64,000 nucleotides of DNA from the human T2T-CHM13v2.0 reference genome, Homo sapiens: the NCBI RefSeq assembly GCF_009914755.1, contig NC_060926.1; one strand, 5' to 3'. A program made the translations under genes and the position numbers. The first letter of the stretch is position 1; each line of letters begins with the position of its first letter. Below the pieces are notes generated by a model, which worked only from the letters and a program-made list of their open reading frames with translations, ran no database searches and was not told where the DNA came from. Positions 12,960-26,200 of this stretch are shown here, one piece after another.

Positions 12960-15000
12960 GGAGCGCTTTCAGGCCTATGGTGAAAAAGGAAATATCTTCT
13001 CCTGAAAACTAGACAGAAGCATTCTCAGAATCTTATTTGTGATGTGCGCCCTCAACTAACAGTGTTGAAGCTTTCTTTTGATAGAGCAGTTTTGAAACAC
13101 TCTTTTCGTAAAATCTGCAAGAGGATATTTTGATAGCTTTGAGGATTTCGTTGGAAACGGGATTGTCTTCTTATAAACTCTAGACAGAAGCATTCTCAGA
13201 AGCTTCATTGGGATGTTTCAATTGAAGTCACAGTGTTGAACAGTCCCTTTCATAGAGCAGGTTTGAAACACTCTTTTTGTAGTATCTGAAGTGGACATTT
13301 GGAGAGATCTCTGGAATACGGTGATAAAGGAAATATCTTCCAATAAAAGCTAGATAGAAGCAATGTCAGAAACTTTTTCATAATGTATCTACTCAGCTAA
13401 CAGAGTTGAACCTTTCTTTTGAGAGAGCAGTTTTGAAACACTCTTTTTGTGGAATCTGCAAGTGGATATTTGTCTAGCTTTGAGGATTTCGTTGGAAACG
13501 GGATTACATATAAAAAGCAGACAGCAGCATTCCCAGTAACTTCTTTGTGAGGTTTGCATTCAAGTGACAGAGTTGAACATTCCCTTTCATAGAGCAGGTT
13601 TGAAACACTCTTTTTGTAGTATCTCGATGTGGACATTTGGAGCGCTTTCAGGCCTATGGTGAAAAAGGAAATATCTTCCAATAAAAGCTACATAGAAGCA
13701 ATGTCAGAAACTTTTTCATGATGTATCTACTCAGCTAACAGAGTTGAACCTTTCTTTTGAGAGAGCAGTTTTGAAACACTCTTTTTGTGGAATCTGGAAG
13801 TGGATATTTGTCTAGCTTTGAGGATTTCGTTGGAAACGGGATTACATATAAAAAGCAGACAGCAGCATTCCCAGTAACTTCTTTGTGACGTTTGCATTCA
13901 AGTCACAGAGTTGAACATTCCCTTTCATAGAGCAGGTTTGAAACACTCTTTTTGTAGTATCTGGATGTGGACATTTGGAGCGCTTTCAGGCCTATGGTGA
14001 AAAAGGAAATATCTTCTCCTGAAAACTAGACAGAAGCATTCTCAGAATCTTATTTGTGATGTGCGCCCTCAACTAACAGTGTTGAAGCTTTCTTTTGATA
14101 GAGCAGTTTTGAAACACTCTTTTCGTAAAATCTGCAAGAGGATATTTGGATAGCTTTGAGGATTTCGTTGGAAACGGGATTGTCTTCATATAAACTCTAG
14201 ACAGAAGCATTCTCAGAAGCTTCATTGGGATGTTTCAATTGAAGTCACAGTGTTGAACAGTCCCTTTCATAGAGCAGGTTTGAAACACTCTTTTTGTAGT
14301 ATCTGGAAGTGGACATTTGGAGAGATCTCAGGAATACGGTGATAAAGGAAATATCTTCCAATAAAAGCTAGATAGAAGCAATGTCAGAAACTTTTTCATG
14401 ATGTATCTACTCACCTAACAGAGTTGAACCTTTCTTTTGAGAGAGCAGTTTTGAAACACTCTTTTTGTGGAATCTGCAAGAGGATATTTGTCTAGCTTTG
14501 AGGATTTCGTTGGAAACGGGATTACATATAAAAAGCAGACAGCAGCATTCCCAGTAACTTCTTTGTGAGGTTTGCATTCAAGTGACAGAGTTGAACATTC
14601 CCTTTCATAGAGCAGGTTTGAAACACTCTTTTTGTAGTATCTGGATGTGGACATTTGGAGCGCTTTCAGGCCTATGGTGAAAAAGGAAATATCTTCCAAT
14701 AAAAGCTACATAGAAGCAATGTCAGAAACTTTTTCATGATGTATCTACTCAGCTAACAGAGTTGAACCTTTCTTTTGAGAGAGCAGTTTTGAAACACTCT
14801 TTTTGTGGAATCTGGAAGTGGATATTTGTCTAGCTTTGAGGATTTCGTTGGAAACGGGATTACATATAAAAAGCAGACAGCAGCATTCCCAGTAACTTCT
14901 TTGTGACGTTTGCATTCAAGTCACAGAGTTGAACATTCCCTTTCATAGAGCAGGTTTGAAACACTCTTTTTGTAGTATCTGGATGTGGACATTTGGAGCG
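12960..15000 (+). repeat. Tandem duplication of a 1018-bp 6-mer (Y+X+X)
   Basis: 94-aa ORF variants at 13397 and 14415 (offset 1018 = 342+338+338). GAGATCTC, GTGAGG/GTGACAG, TCTGGAAG and GTGACG markers each occur twice in order. Confidence 0.8.
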
Positions 15001-18000
15001 CTTTCAGGCCTATGGTGAAAAAGGAAATATCTTCCCCTGAAAACTAGACAGAAGAATTCTCAGAATCTTATTTGTGATGTGCGCCATCAACTAACAGTGT
15101 TGAAGCTTTCTTTTGATAGAGCAGTTTTGAAACACTCTTTTTGTAAAATCTGCAAGAGGATATTTGGATAGCTTTGAGGATTTCGTTGGAAACGGGATTG
15201 TCTTCATATAAACTCTAGACAGAAGCATTCTCAGAAGCGTCATTGGGATGTTTCAATTGAAGTCACAGTGTTGAACATTCCCTTTCATAGAGCAGGTTTG
15301 AAACACTCTTTTTGTAGTATCTGGATGTGGACATTTGGAGCGCTTTCAGGCCTATGGTTTAAAAGGAAATATCTTCCCCTGAAAACTAGACAGAAGCATT
15401 CTCAGAAACTTATTTGTAATGTGCGCCCTCAACTAACAGTGTTGAAGCATTCTTTTGATAGAGCAGTTTTGAAACACTCTTTTTGTGGAATCTGCAAGTG
15501 GATATTTGTCTAGCTTTGAGGATTTCGTTGGAAACGGGATTACATATAAAAAGCAGACAGCAGCATTCCCAGTAACTTCTTTGTGAAGTTTGCATTCAAG
15601 TCAGAGAGTTGAACATTCCCTTTCATAGAGCAGGTTTCAAACACTCTTTTTGAAGTATCTGGTTGTGGACATTTGGAGCGCTTTCAGGCCTATGGTGAAA
15701 AAGGAAATATCTTCCCCTGAAAACTAGACAGAAGCATTCTCAGAAACTTATTTGTGATGTGCGCCCTCAACTAACAGTGTTGAACCTTTCTTTTGATAGA
15801 GCAGTTTTGAAACACTCTTTTTGTAATATCTGCAAGAGGATATTTGGATAGCTTTGAGGATTTCGTTGGAAACGGGATTGTCTTCATATAAACTCTAGAC
15901 AGAAGCATTCTCAGAAGCTTCATTGGGATGTTTCAATTGAAGTCACAGTGTTGAACAGTCCCTTTCATAGAGCAGGTTTGAAACACTCTTTTTGTAGTAT
16001 CTGGAAGTGGACATTTGGAGCGCTCTCAGGACTACGATGATAAAGGAAATATCTTCCAATAAAAGCTAGATAGAAGCAATGTCAGAAACTTTTTCATGAT
16101 GTATCTACTCAGCTAACAGAGTTGAACCTTTCTTTTGAGAGAGCAGTTTTGAAACACTCTTTTTGTGGAATCTGCAAGTGGATATTTGTCTAGCTTTGAG
16201 GATTTCGTTGGAAACGGGATTACATATAAAAAGCAGACAGCAGCATTCCCAGAATCTTCTTTGTGATGTTTGCATTCAAGTCACAGAGTTGAACATTCCC
16301 TTTCATAGAGCAGGTTTGAAACACTCTTTTTGTAGTATCTGGATGTGGACATTTGGAGCGCTTTCAGGCCTATGGTGAAAAAGGAAATATCTTCCCCTGA
16401 AAACTAGACAGAAGCATTCTCAGAATCTTATTTGTGATGTGCGCCCTCAACTAACAGTGTTGAAGCTTTCTTTTGATAGAGCAGTTTTGAAACACTCTTT
16501 TTGTAAAATCTGCAAGATGATATTTGGATAGCTTTGAGGATTTCGTTGGAAACGGGTTTGTCTTCATATAAACTCTAGACAGAAGCATTCTCAGAAGCTT
16601 CATTGGGATGTTTCAATTGAAGTCACAGTGTTGAACAGTCCCTTTCATAGAGCAGGTTTGAAACACTCTTTCTGTAGTATCTGGAAGTGGACATTTGGAG
16701 CGCTCTCAGGACTGCGGTGAAAAAGGAAATATCTTCCAATAAAAGCTAGATAGAAGCAATGTCAGAAACTTTTTCATGATGTATCTACTCAGCTAACAGA
16801 GTTGAACCTTCATTTGAGAGAGCAGTTTTGAAACACTCGTTTTGTGGAATCTGCAAGTGGATATTTGTCTAGCTTTGAGGATTGCGTTGGAAACGGGATT
16901 ACATATAAAAAGCAGACAGCAGCATTCCCAGAAACTTCTTTGTGATGTTTGCATTCTAGTCACAGAGTTGAACATTCCCTTTCATAGAGCAGGTTTGAAA
17001 CACTCTTTTTGTAGTATCTGGATGTGTACATTTGCAGCGCTTTCAGGCCTAAGGTGAAAAAGGAAATATCTTCCCCTGAAAACTAGACAGAAGCATTCTC
17101 AGAAACTTATTTGTGATGTGCGCCCTCAACTAACAGTGTTGAAGCTTTCTTTTGATAGAGCAGTTTTGAAACACTCTTTTTGTAATATCTGCAAGAGGAT
17201 ATTTGGATAGCTTTGAGGATTTCGTTGGAAACGGGTTTGTCTTCATATAAACTCTAGACAGAAGCATTCTCAGAAGCTTCATTGGGATGTTTCAATTGAA
17301 GTCACAGTGTTGAACAGTTCCTTTCATAGAACAGGTTTGAAACACTCTTTTTGTAGTATCTGGAAGTGGACATTTGGAGCGCTCTCAGGACTATGGTGAA
17401 AAAGGAAATATCTTCCAATAAAAGCTACATAGAAGCAATGTCAGAAACTTTTTCATGATGTATCTACTCAACTAACAGAGTTGAACCTTTCCTTTGAGAG
17501 AGCAGTTTTGAAACACTCTTTTTGTGGAATCTGCAAGTGGATATTTGTCTAGCTTTGAGGATTTCGTTGGAAACGGGATTACATATAAAAAGCAGACAGC
17601 AGCATTCCCAGAAACTTCTTTGTGATGTTTGCATTCAAGTCACAGAGTTGAATATTCCCTTTCATAGAGCAGGTTTGAAACACTCTTTTTGTAGTATCTG
17701 GATGTGGACATTTTGAGGGCTTTCAGGCCTATGGTGAAAAAGGAAATATCTTCCCCTGAAAACTAGACAGAAGCATTCTCAGAAACTTATTTGTGATGTG
17801 CGCCCTCAACTAACAGCGTTTAACCTTTCTTTTGATAGAGCAGTTTTGAAACACTCTTTTTGTAATATCTGCAAGAGGATATTTGGATAGCTTTGAGGAT
17901 TTCGTTGGAAACGGGATTACATATAAAAAGCAGACAGCAGCATTCCCAGAAACTTCTTTGTGATGTTTGCATTCAAGTCACAGAGTTGAACATTCCCTTT

Positions 18001-21000
18001 CATAGAGCAGGTTTGAAACACTCTTTTTGTAGTATCTGGATGTGGACATTTGCAGCGCTTTCAGGCCTAAGGTGAAAAAGGAAATATCTTCCCCTGAAAA
18101 CTAGACAGAAGCATTCTCAGAAACTTATTTGTGATGTGCGCCCTCAACTAACAGTGTTGAACCTTTCTTTTGATAGAGCAGTTTTGAAACACTCTTTTTG
18201 TAAAATCTGCAAGAGGATATTTGGATAGCTTTGAGGATTTCGTTGGAAACGGGATTGTCTTCATATAAACTCTAGACAGAAGCATTCTCAGAAGCGTCAT
18301 TGGGATGTTTCAATTGAAGTCACAGTGTTGAACAGTCCCTTTCATAGAGCAGGTTTGAAACACTCTTTTTGTAGTATCTGGATGTGGACATTTGGAGCGC
18401 TTTCAGGCCTATGGTTTAAAAGGAAATATCTTCCCCTGAAAACTAGACAGAAGCATTCTCAGAAACTTATTTGTGATGTGCGCCCTCAACTAACAGTGTT
18501 GAAGCATTCTTTTGATAGAGCAGTTTTGAAACACTCTTTTTGTGGAATCTGCAAGTGGATATTTGTCTAGCTTTGAGGATTTCGTTGGAAACGGGATTAA
18601 TTATAAAAAGCAGACAGCAGCATTCCCAGAATCTTGTTTGTGATGTTTGCATTCAAGTCACAGAGTTGAACATTCCCTTTCAGAGAGCAGGTTTGAAACA
18701 CTCTTTTTATAGTATCTGGATGTGGACATTTGGAGCGCTTTCAGGCCTATGATGAAAAAGGAAATATCTTCTCCTGAAAACTAGACAGAAGCATTCTCAG
18801 AATCTTATTTGTGATGTGCGCCCTCAACTAACAGTGTTGAAGCTTTCTTTTGATAGAGCAGTTTTGAAACACTCTTTTCGTAAAATCTGCAAGAGGATAT
18901 TTGGATAGCTTTGAGGATTTCGTTGGAAACGGGATTGTCTTCATATAAACTCTAGACAGAAGCATTCTCAGAAGCTTCATTGGGATGTTTCAATTGAAGT
19001 CACAGTGTTGAACAGTCCCTTTCATAGAGCAGGTTTGAAACACTCTTTTTGTAGTATCTGGAAGTGGACATTTGGAGAGATCTCAGGAATACGGTGATAA
19101 AGGTAATATCTTCCAATAAAAGCTAGATAGAAGCAATGTCAGAAACTTTTTCATGATGTATCTACTCAGCTAACAGAGTTGAACCTTTCTTTTGAGAGAG
19201 CAGTTTTGAAACACTCTTTTGGTGGAATCTGCAAGTGGATATTTGTCTAGCTTTGAGGATTTCGTTGGAAACGGGATTACATATAAAAAGCAGACAGCAG
19301 CATTCCCAGTAACATCTTTGTGATGTTTGCATTCAAGTCACAGAGTTGAACATTCCCTTTCATAGAGCAGGTTTGAAACACTTTTTTTGTAGTATCTGGA
19401 TGTGGACATTTGGAGCGCTTTCAGGCCTATGGTGAAAAAGGAAATATCTTCCAATAAAAGCTACATAGAAGCAATGTCAGAAACTTTTTCATGATGTATC
19501 TACTCAGCTAACAGAGTTGAACCTTTCTTTTGAGAGAGCAGTTTTGAAACACTCTTTTTGTAAAATCTGCAAGAGGATATTTGGATAGCTTTGAGGATTT
19601 CGTTGGAAACGGGATTGTCTTCATATAAACTCTAGACAGAAGCATTCTCAGAAGCGTCATTGGGATGTTTCAATTGAAGTCACAGTGTTGAACAGTCCCT
19701 TTCATAGAGCAGGTTTGAAACACTCTTTTTGTAGTATCTGGATGTGGACATTTGGAGCGCTTTCAGGCCTATGGTTTAAAAGGAAATATCTTCCCCTGAA
19801 AACTAGACAGAAGCATTCTCAGAAACTTATTTGTGATGTGCGCCTTCAACTAACAGTGTTGAAGCATTCTTTTGATAGAGCAGTTTTGAAACACTCTTTT
19901 TGTGGAATCTGCAAGTGGATATTTGTCTAGCTTTGAGGATTTCGTTGGAAACGGGATTACATATAAAAAGCAGACAGCAGCATTCCCAGAAACTTCTTTG
20001 TGATGTTTGCATTCAAGTCACAGAGTTGAACATTCCCTTTCAGAGAGCAGGTTTGAAACACTCTTTTTGTAGTATCTGGATGTGGACATTTGGAGCGCTT
20101 TCAGCCCTATGGTGAAAAAGGAAATGTCTTCTCCTGAAAACTAGACAGAAGCATTCTCAGAATCTTATTTGTGATGTGCGCCCTCAACTAACAGTGTTGA
20201 AGCTTTCTTTTGATAGAGCAGCTTTGAAACACTCTTTTTGTAAAATCTGCAAGAGGATATTTGGATAGCTTTGAGGATTTCGTTGGAAACGGGATTGTCT
20301 TCATATAAACTCTAGACAGAAGCATTCTCAGAAGCTTCATTGGGATGTTTCAATTGAAGTCACAGTGTTGAACAGTCCCTTTCATAGAGCAGGTTTGAAA
20401 CACTCTTTTTGTAGTATCTGGAAGTGGACATTTGGAGCGCTCTCAGGACTGCGGTGAAAAAGGAACTATCTTCCAATAAAAGCTAGATAGAAGCAATGTC
20501 AGAAACTTTTTCATGATGTATCTACTCAGCTAACAGAGTTGAACCTTTCCTTTGAGAGAGCAGTTTTGAAACACTCTTTTTGTGGAATCTGCAAGTGGAT
20601 ATTTGTCTAGCTTTGAGGATTTCGTTGGAAACGGGATTACATATAAAAAGCAGACAGCAGCATTCCCAGTAACTTCTTTGTGATGTTTGCATTCAAGTCA
20701 CAGAGTTGAACATTCCCTTTCATAGAGCAGGTTTGAAACACTCTTTTTGTAGTATCTGGATGTGGACATTTGGAGCGCTTTCAGGCCTATGGTGAAAAAG
20801 GAAATATCTTCCCCTGAAAACTAGACAGAAGCATTCTCAGAAACTTATTTGTGATGTGCGCCCTCAACTAACAGTGTTGAACCTTTCTTTTGATAGAGCA
20901 GTTTTGAAACACTCTTTTTGTAATATCTGCAAGAGGATATTTGGATAGCTTTGAGGATTTCGTTGGAAACGGGATTACATATAAAAAGCATACAGCAGCA

Positions 21001-23299
21001 TTCCCAGAATCTTGTTTGTGATGTTTGCATTCAAGTCACAGAGTTGAACATTCCCTTTCAGAGAGCAGGTTTGAAACACTCTTTTTATAGTGTCTGGATG
21101 TGGACATTTGGAGCGCTTTCAGGCCTATGGTGAAAAAGAAAATATCTTCTCCTGTAAACTAGACAGAAGCATTCTCAGAAACTTATTTGTGATGTGCGCC
21201 CTCAACTAACAGTGTTGAAGCTTTCTTTTGATAGAGCAGTTTTGAAACACTCTTTTTGTAAAATCTGCAAGAGGATATTTGGATAGCTTTGAGGATTTCG
21301 TTGGAAACGGGATTGTCTTCATATAAACTCTAGACAGAAGCATTCTCAGAAGCTTCATTGGGATGTTTCAATTGAAGTCACAGTGTTGAACAGTTCCTTT
21401 CATAGAACAGGTTTGAAACACTCTTTTTGTAGTATCTGGAAGTGGACATTTGGAGCGCTCTCAGGACTACGGTGAAAAAGGAAATATCTTCCAATAAAAG
21501 CTACATAGAAGCAATGTCAGAAACTTTTTCATGATGTATCTACTCAGCTAACAGAGTTGAACCTTTCCTTTGAGAGAGCAGTTTTGAAACACTCTTTTTG
21601 TGGAATCTGCAAGTGGATATTTGTCTAGCTTTGAGGATTTCGTTGGAAACGGGATTACATATAAAAAGCAGACAGCAGCATTCCCAGAATCTTCTTTGTG
21701 ATGTTTGCATTCAAGTCACAGAGTTGAACATTCCCTTTCATAGAGCAGGTTTGAAACACTCTTTTTGTAGTATCTGGATGTGGACATTTGGAGCGCTTTC
21801 AGGCCTATGGTGAAAAAGGAAATATCTTCCCCTGAAAACTAGACAGAAGCATTCTCAGAATCTTATTTGTGATGTGCGCCCTCAACTAACAGTGTTGAAG
21901 CTTTCTTTTGATAGAGCAGTTTTGAAACACTCTTTTTGTAAAATCTGCAAGAGGATATTTGGATAGCTTTGAGGATTTCGTTGGAAACGGGATTGTCTTC
22001 ATATAAACTCTAGACAGAAGCATTCTCAGAAGCTTCATTGGGATGTTTCAATTGAAGTCACAGTGTTGAACAGTCCCTTTCATAGAGCAGGTTTGAAACA
22101 CTCTTTTTGTAGTATCTGGAAGTGGACATTTGGAACGCTCTCAGGACTGCGGTGAAAAAGGAAATATCTTCCAATAAAAGCTACATAGAAGCAATGTCAG
22201 AAACTTTTTCATGATGTATCTACTCAGCTAACAGAGTTGAACCTTTCTTTTGAGAGAGCAGTTTTGAAACACTCTTTTTGTAAAATCTGCAAGAGGATAT
22301 TTGGATAGCTTTGAGGATTTCGTTGGAAACGGGATTGTCTTCATATAAACTCTAGACAGAAGCATTCTCAGAAGCGTCATTGGGATGTTTCAATTGAAGT
22401 CACAGTGTTGAACAGTCCCTTTCATAGAGCAGGTTTGAAACACTCTTTTTGTAGTATCTGGATGTGGACATTTGGAGCGCTTTCAGGCCTATGGTTTAAA
22501 AGGAAATATCTTCCCCTGAAAACTAGACAGAAGCATTCTCAGAAACTTATTTGTGATGTGCGCCTTCAACTAACAGTGTTGAAGCATTCTTTTGATAGAG
22601 CAGTTTTGAAACACTCTTTTTGTGGAATCTGCAAGTGGATATTTGTCTAGCTTTGAGGATTTCGTTGGAAACGGGATTACATATAAAAAGCAGACAGCAG
22701 CATTCCCAGAAACTTCTTTGTGATGTTTGCATTCAAGTCACAGAGTTGAACATTCCCTTTCATAGAGCAGGTTTGAAACACTCTTTTTGTAGTATCTGGA
22801 TGTGGACATTTGGAGCGCTTTCAGCCCTATGGTGAAAAAGGAAATATCTTCCCCTGAAAACTAGACAGAAGCATTCTCAGAATCTTATTTGTGATGTGCG
22901 CCCTCAACTAACAGTGTTGAAGCTTTCTTTTGATAGAGCAGTTTTGAAACACTCTTTTTGTAAAATCTGCAAGAGGATATTTGGATAGCTTTGAGGATTT
23001 CGTTGGAAACGGGATTGTCTTCATATAAACTCTAGACAGAAGCATTCTCAGAAGCTTCATTGGGATGTTTCAATTGAAGTCACAGTGTTGAACAGTCCAT
23101 TTCATAGAGCAGGTTTGAAACACTCTTTTTGTAGTATCTGGAAGTGGACATTTGGAGCGCTCTCAGGACTGCGGTGAAAAAGGAACTATCTTCCAATAAA
23201 AGCTAGATAGAAGCAATGTCAGAAACTTTTTCATGATGTATCTACTCAGCTAACAGAGTTGAACCTTCCTTTCAGAGAGCAGTTTTGAAACACTCTTTT

Positions 23300-26200
23300 T
23301 GTGGAATCTGCAAGTGGATATTTGTCTAGCTTTGAGGATTTCGTTGGAAACGGGATTACATATAAAAAGCAGACAGCAGCATTCCCAGAAACTTCTTTGT
23401 GATGTTTGCATTCAAGTCACAGAGTTGAACATTCCCTTTCATAGAGCAGGTTTGAAACACTCTTTTTGTAGTATCTGGATGTGGACATTTGCAGCGCTTT
23501 CAGGCCTAAGGTGAAAAAGGAAATATCTTCCCCTGAAAACTAGACAGAAGCATTCTCAGAAACTTATTTGTGATGTGCGCCCTCAACTAACAGTGTTGAA
23601 CCTTTCTTTTGATAGAGCAGTTTTGAAACACTCTTTTTGTAATATCTGCAAGAGGATATTTGGATAGCTTTGAGGATTTCGTTGGAAACGGGATTGTCTT
23701 CATATAAACTCTAGACAGAAGCATTCTCAGAAGCTTCATTGGGATGTTTCAATTGAAGTCACAGTGTTGAACAGTTCCTTTCATAGAACAGGTTTGAAAC
23801 ACTCTTTTTGTAGTATCTGGAAGTGGACATTTGGAGCGCTCTCAGGACTACGGTGAAAATGGAAATATCTTACAATAAAAGCTACATAGAAGCAATGTCA
23901 GAAACTTTTTCATGATGTATCTACTCAGCTAACAGAGTTGAACCTTTCCTTTGAGAGAGCAGTTTTGAAACACTCTTTTTGTGGAATCTGCAAGTGGATA
24001 TTTGTCTAGCTTTGAGGATTTCGTTGGAAACGGGATTACATATAAAAAGCAGACAGCAGCATTCCCAGAATCTTCTTTGTGATATTTGCATTCAAGTCAC
24101 AGAGTTGAACATTCCCTTTCATAGAGCAGGTTTCAAACACTCTTTTTGTAGTATCTGGATGTGGACATTTGCAGCGCTTTCAGGCCTAAGGTGAAAAAGG
24201 AAATATCTTCCCCTGAAAACTAGACAGAAGCATTCTCAGAAACTTATTTGTGATGTGCGCCCTCAACTAACAGTGTTGAAGCTTTCTTTTGATAGAGCAG
24301 TTTTGAAACACTCTTTTTGTAATATCTGCAAGAGGATATTTGGATAGCTTTGAGGATTTCGTTGGAAACGGGATTGTCTTCATATAAACTCTAGACAGAA
24401 GCATTCTCAGAAGCTTCATTGGGATGTTTCAATTGAAGTCACAGTGTTGAACAGTCCCTTTCATAGAGCAGGTTTGAAACACTCTTTTTGTAGTATCTGG
24501 AAGTGGACATTTGGAACGCTCTCAGGACTGCGGTGAAAAAGGAAATATCTTCCAATAAAAGCTAGATAGAAGCAATGTCAGAAACTTTTTCATGATGTAT
24601 CTACTCAGCTAACAGAGTTGAACCTTTCTTTTGAGAGAGCAGTTTTGAAACACTCTTTTTGTGGAATCTGCAAGTGGATATTTGTCTAGATTTGAGGATT
24701 TCGTTGGAAACGGGATTACATATAAAAAGCAGACAGCAGCATTCCCAGTAACTTCTTTGTGATGTTTGCATTCAAGTCACAGAGTTGAACATTCCCTTTC
24801 ATAGAGCAGGTTTGAAACACTTTTTTTGTAGTATCTGGATGTGGACATTTTGAGCGCTTTCAGGCCTATGGTGAAAAAGGAAATATCTTCCAATAAAAGC
24901 TACATAAAAGCAATGTCAGAAACTTTTTCATGATGTATCTACTCAGCTAACAGAGTTGAACCTTTCTTTTGAGAGAGCAGTTTTGAAACACTCTTTTTGT
25001 GGAATCTGGAAGTGGATATTTGTCTAGTTTTGAGGATTTCGTTGGAAACGGGATTACATATAAAAAGCAGACAGCAGCATTCCCAGTAACTTCTTTGTGA
25101 TGTTTGCATTCAAGTCACAGAGGTGAACATTCCCTTTCATAGAGCAGGTTTGAAACACTCTTTTTGTAGTATCTGGATGTGGACATTTGGAGCGCTTTCA
25201 GGCCTATTGTGAAAAAGGAAATATCTTCCCCTGAAAACTAGACAGAAGAATTCTCAGAATCTTATTTGTGATGTGCGCCCTCAACTAACAGTGTTGAAGC
25301 TTTCTTTTGATAGAGCAGTTTTGAAACACTCTTTTTGTAAAATCTGCAAGAGGATATTTGGATACCTTTGAGGATTTCGTTGGAAACGGGATTTTCTTCA
25401 TATAAACTCTACACAGAAGCATTCTCAGAAGCGTCATTGGGATGTTTCAATTGAAGTCACAGTGTTGAACAGTCCCTTTCATAGAGCAGGTTTGAAACAC
25501 TCTTTTTGTAGTATCTGGATGTGGACATTTGGAGCGCTTTCAGGCCTATGGTTTAAAAGGAAATATCTTCCCCTGAAAACTAGACAGAAGCATTCTCAGA
25601 AACTTATTTGTGATGTGCGCCTTCAACTAACAGTGTTGAAGCATTCTTTTGATAGAGCAGTTTTGAAACACTCTTTTTGTGGAATCTGCAAGTGGATATT
25701 TGTCTAGCTTTGAGGATTTCGTTGGAAACGGGATTACATATAAAAAGCAGACAGCAGCATTCCCAGAAACTTCTTTGTGATGTTTGCATTCAAGTCACAG
25801 AGTTGAACATTCCCTTTCAGAGAGCAGGTTTGAAACACTCTTTTTGTAGTATCTGGATGTGGACATTTGGAGCGCTTTCAGGCCTATGGTGAAAAAGGAA
25901 ATATCTTCCCCTGAAAACTAGACAGAAGCATTCTCAGAATCTTATTTGTGATGTGCGCCCTCAACTAACAGTGTTGAAGCTTTCTTTTGATAGAGCAGTT
26001 TTGAAACACTCTTTTTGTAAAATCTGCAAGAGGATATTTGGATAGCTTTGAGGATTTCGTTGGAAACGGGATTGTCTTCATATAAACTCTAGACAGAAGC
26101 ATTCTCAGAAGCTTCATTGGGATGTTTCAATTGAAGTCACAGTGTTGAACAGTCCCTTTCATAGAGCAGGTTTGAAACACTCTTTTTGTAGTATCTGGAA

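Larger units (their letters stand above)
1600..23700 (+). repeat. Two related copies of a ~10.5-11.9 kb super-repeat (approx. 1.6-12.1 kb and 12.1-23.7 kb)
   Basis: Collinear ORF-variant offsets of 10533/10534, 11552, 11890 and 11549. Shared rare markers: 1-bp deletion TATCTGAAGTGG (~2755/~13288), GAATATTCC (6101/17653), CGGGTTTG (5684/17236). Boundaries approximate. Confidence 0.75.
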
